A DNA stretch of 32,000 nucleotides from Faecalibaculum rodentium (GTDB taxonomy: Bacteria; Bacillota_I; Bacilli_A; Erysipelotrichales; Erysipelotrichaceae): contig NZ_CP011391.1 in the NCBI RefSeq assembly GCF_001564455.1, forward strand, positions 90,001 through 122,000, in the 5' to 3' direction. The notes under the pieces are model-generated. The model saw nothing but the letters and a program-made list of their open reading frames with translations. It was not told where the DNA came from and did not search any database. Position 1 is the stretch's first letter. Every line of letters begins with the position of its first letter. Shown here one piece after another: positions 31,348 to 32,000 of the stretch. The position numbers and the translations under genes are program-made.

Positions 31348-32000
31348 CTATTTGCACTCCTTTTCCGCAGCCATACCAGGCCTGCGATCACAGCGAGAAC
31401 GATCACCAGCAGCACCAGGGCGGAGGCTGTCAGTGCCTGGCGATGCAGGTCGGCTGCGTAGCCCATTTCCATGGCGATATTGGCTGTCAGGGTCCGCACA
31501 CCGCCAAGCAGGCTGTCAGGGAACAGTGGCTGGTTGCCGGCGACCATCATGACAGCCATGGTTTCTCCGACAGCCCGTCCCAGTCCGAGCACCACGGCCG
31601 TGGCCAGTCCCGATCTGGCAGCAGGAAGAACAGCGAAGAAACCGGAATGTTCGGGTGTAGCCCCAAGGGCCAGACTGCCTTCATAACAGCCTGGATCCAC
31701 GGTTTCGATGGAAGACAGAGACAGTTCTGTAATGGTGGGAACGATCATCATGCCCAGCAGCACCGCAGCGCACAGAAGGCTGGTGCCGGTGCCGCCCATG
31801 TTCAGGCGGATCCAGGGAACGAGCACTTCCAGGCCGAAGAAGCCATACACCACCGAAGGGATCCCGGCCATGACCGAGACGACTGTCCGCATGAACGGCT
31901 TCAGGCGGGCGGGACAGAAGTGTGCCAGATACAGCGCGCAGAGAATGCCCAGGGGAGCGGCGACTGCCAGCGCGGCAATGGTCACGGCAAAGGTCCCCGC
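31344..32000 (-). CDS. pstC: Phosphate ABC transporter permease PstC, 3' part (5' end outside the window)
   Basis: The frame is open to the window edge. The EAA-loop is [26 protein letters not shown]. The gene order pstC-pstA-pstB is conserved. Confidence 0.88.
   Translation of the reverse strand, partial: AGTFAVTIAALAVAAPLGILCALYLAHFCPARLKPFMRTVVSVMAGIPSVVYGFFGLEVLVPWIRLNMGGTGTSLLCAAVLLGMMIVPTITELSLSSIETVDPGCYEGSLALGATPEHSGFFAVLPAARSGLATAVVLGLGRAVGETMAVMMVAGNQPLFPDSLLGGVRTLTANIAMEMGYAADLHRQALTASALVLLVIVLAVIAGLVWLRKRSANR

Overview
GC-rich chromosomal segment that looks Clostridia/Firmicutes-like, judged from gene content (DegV+DUF1836, NanE, cupin PGI, CCA-encoding tRNAs, strong GGAGG ribosome-binding sites). 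This assignment is an inference, not a database result. The window is mostly housekeeping and I see no defence island, prophage, CRISPR array or toxin-antitoxin pair. Gene order: 3' end of an unknown gene; recQ and a secreted CHAP+3D cell-wall hydrolase (minus strand); a membrane-anchored alpha/beta hydrolase; a 7-tRNA operon (Arg-Pro-Met-Ile2-Ser-fMet-Phe); a small hydrophobic ORF split by an in-frame TGA; an AIM24/TIGR00266 protein; divergent DUF1836 and DegV genes; a complete ORF-containing group II intron inserted 3 nt past the degV terminator (class C-like behaviour); a small DUF6440-like gene whose stop codon lies inside the intron; nanE; tldD-pmbA; sseB-like; a translationally coupled cca-rmuC-macro-mnmM(ytqB) operon; a cupin-type glucose-6-P isomerase plus long-form class I mannose-6-P isomerase, with a convergent RpiR regulator and an orphan PTS-EIIB fusion; an ArAE/DUF939 membrane protein; two free-standing, unusually short (104 nt) 5S rRNA genes bracketing a flavin reductase gene; a GNAT acetyltransferase; a DUF885 lipoprotein; a small unknown ORF behind a triple-palindrome promoter; and pstB-pstA-pstC (minus strand, pstC truncated by the window end). 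The most unusual items are the orphan short-form 5S units, the terminator-targeted intron that rewrites a neighbouring ORF end, a recurring TTAACCCGGGTTAA-like operator, and the TGA-interrupted membrane ORF. Many long ORFs in the six-frame track are antisense shadow ORFs typical of high-GC DNA and were rejected. All family assignments come from motif recognition by eye. No searches were run.
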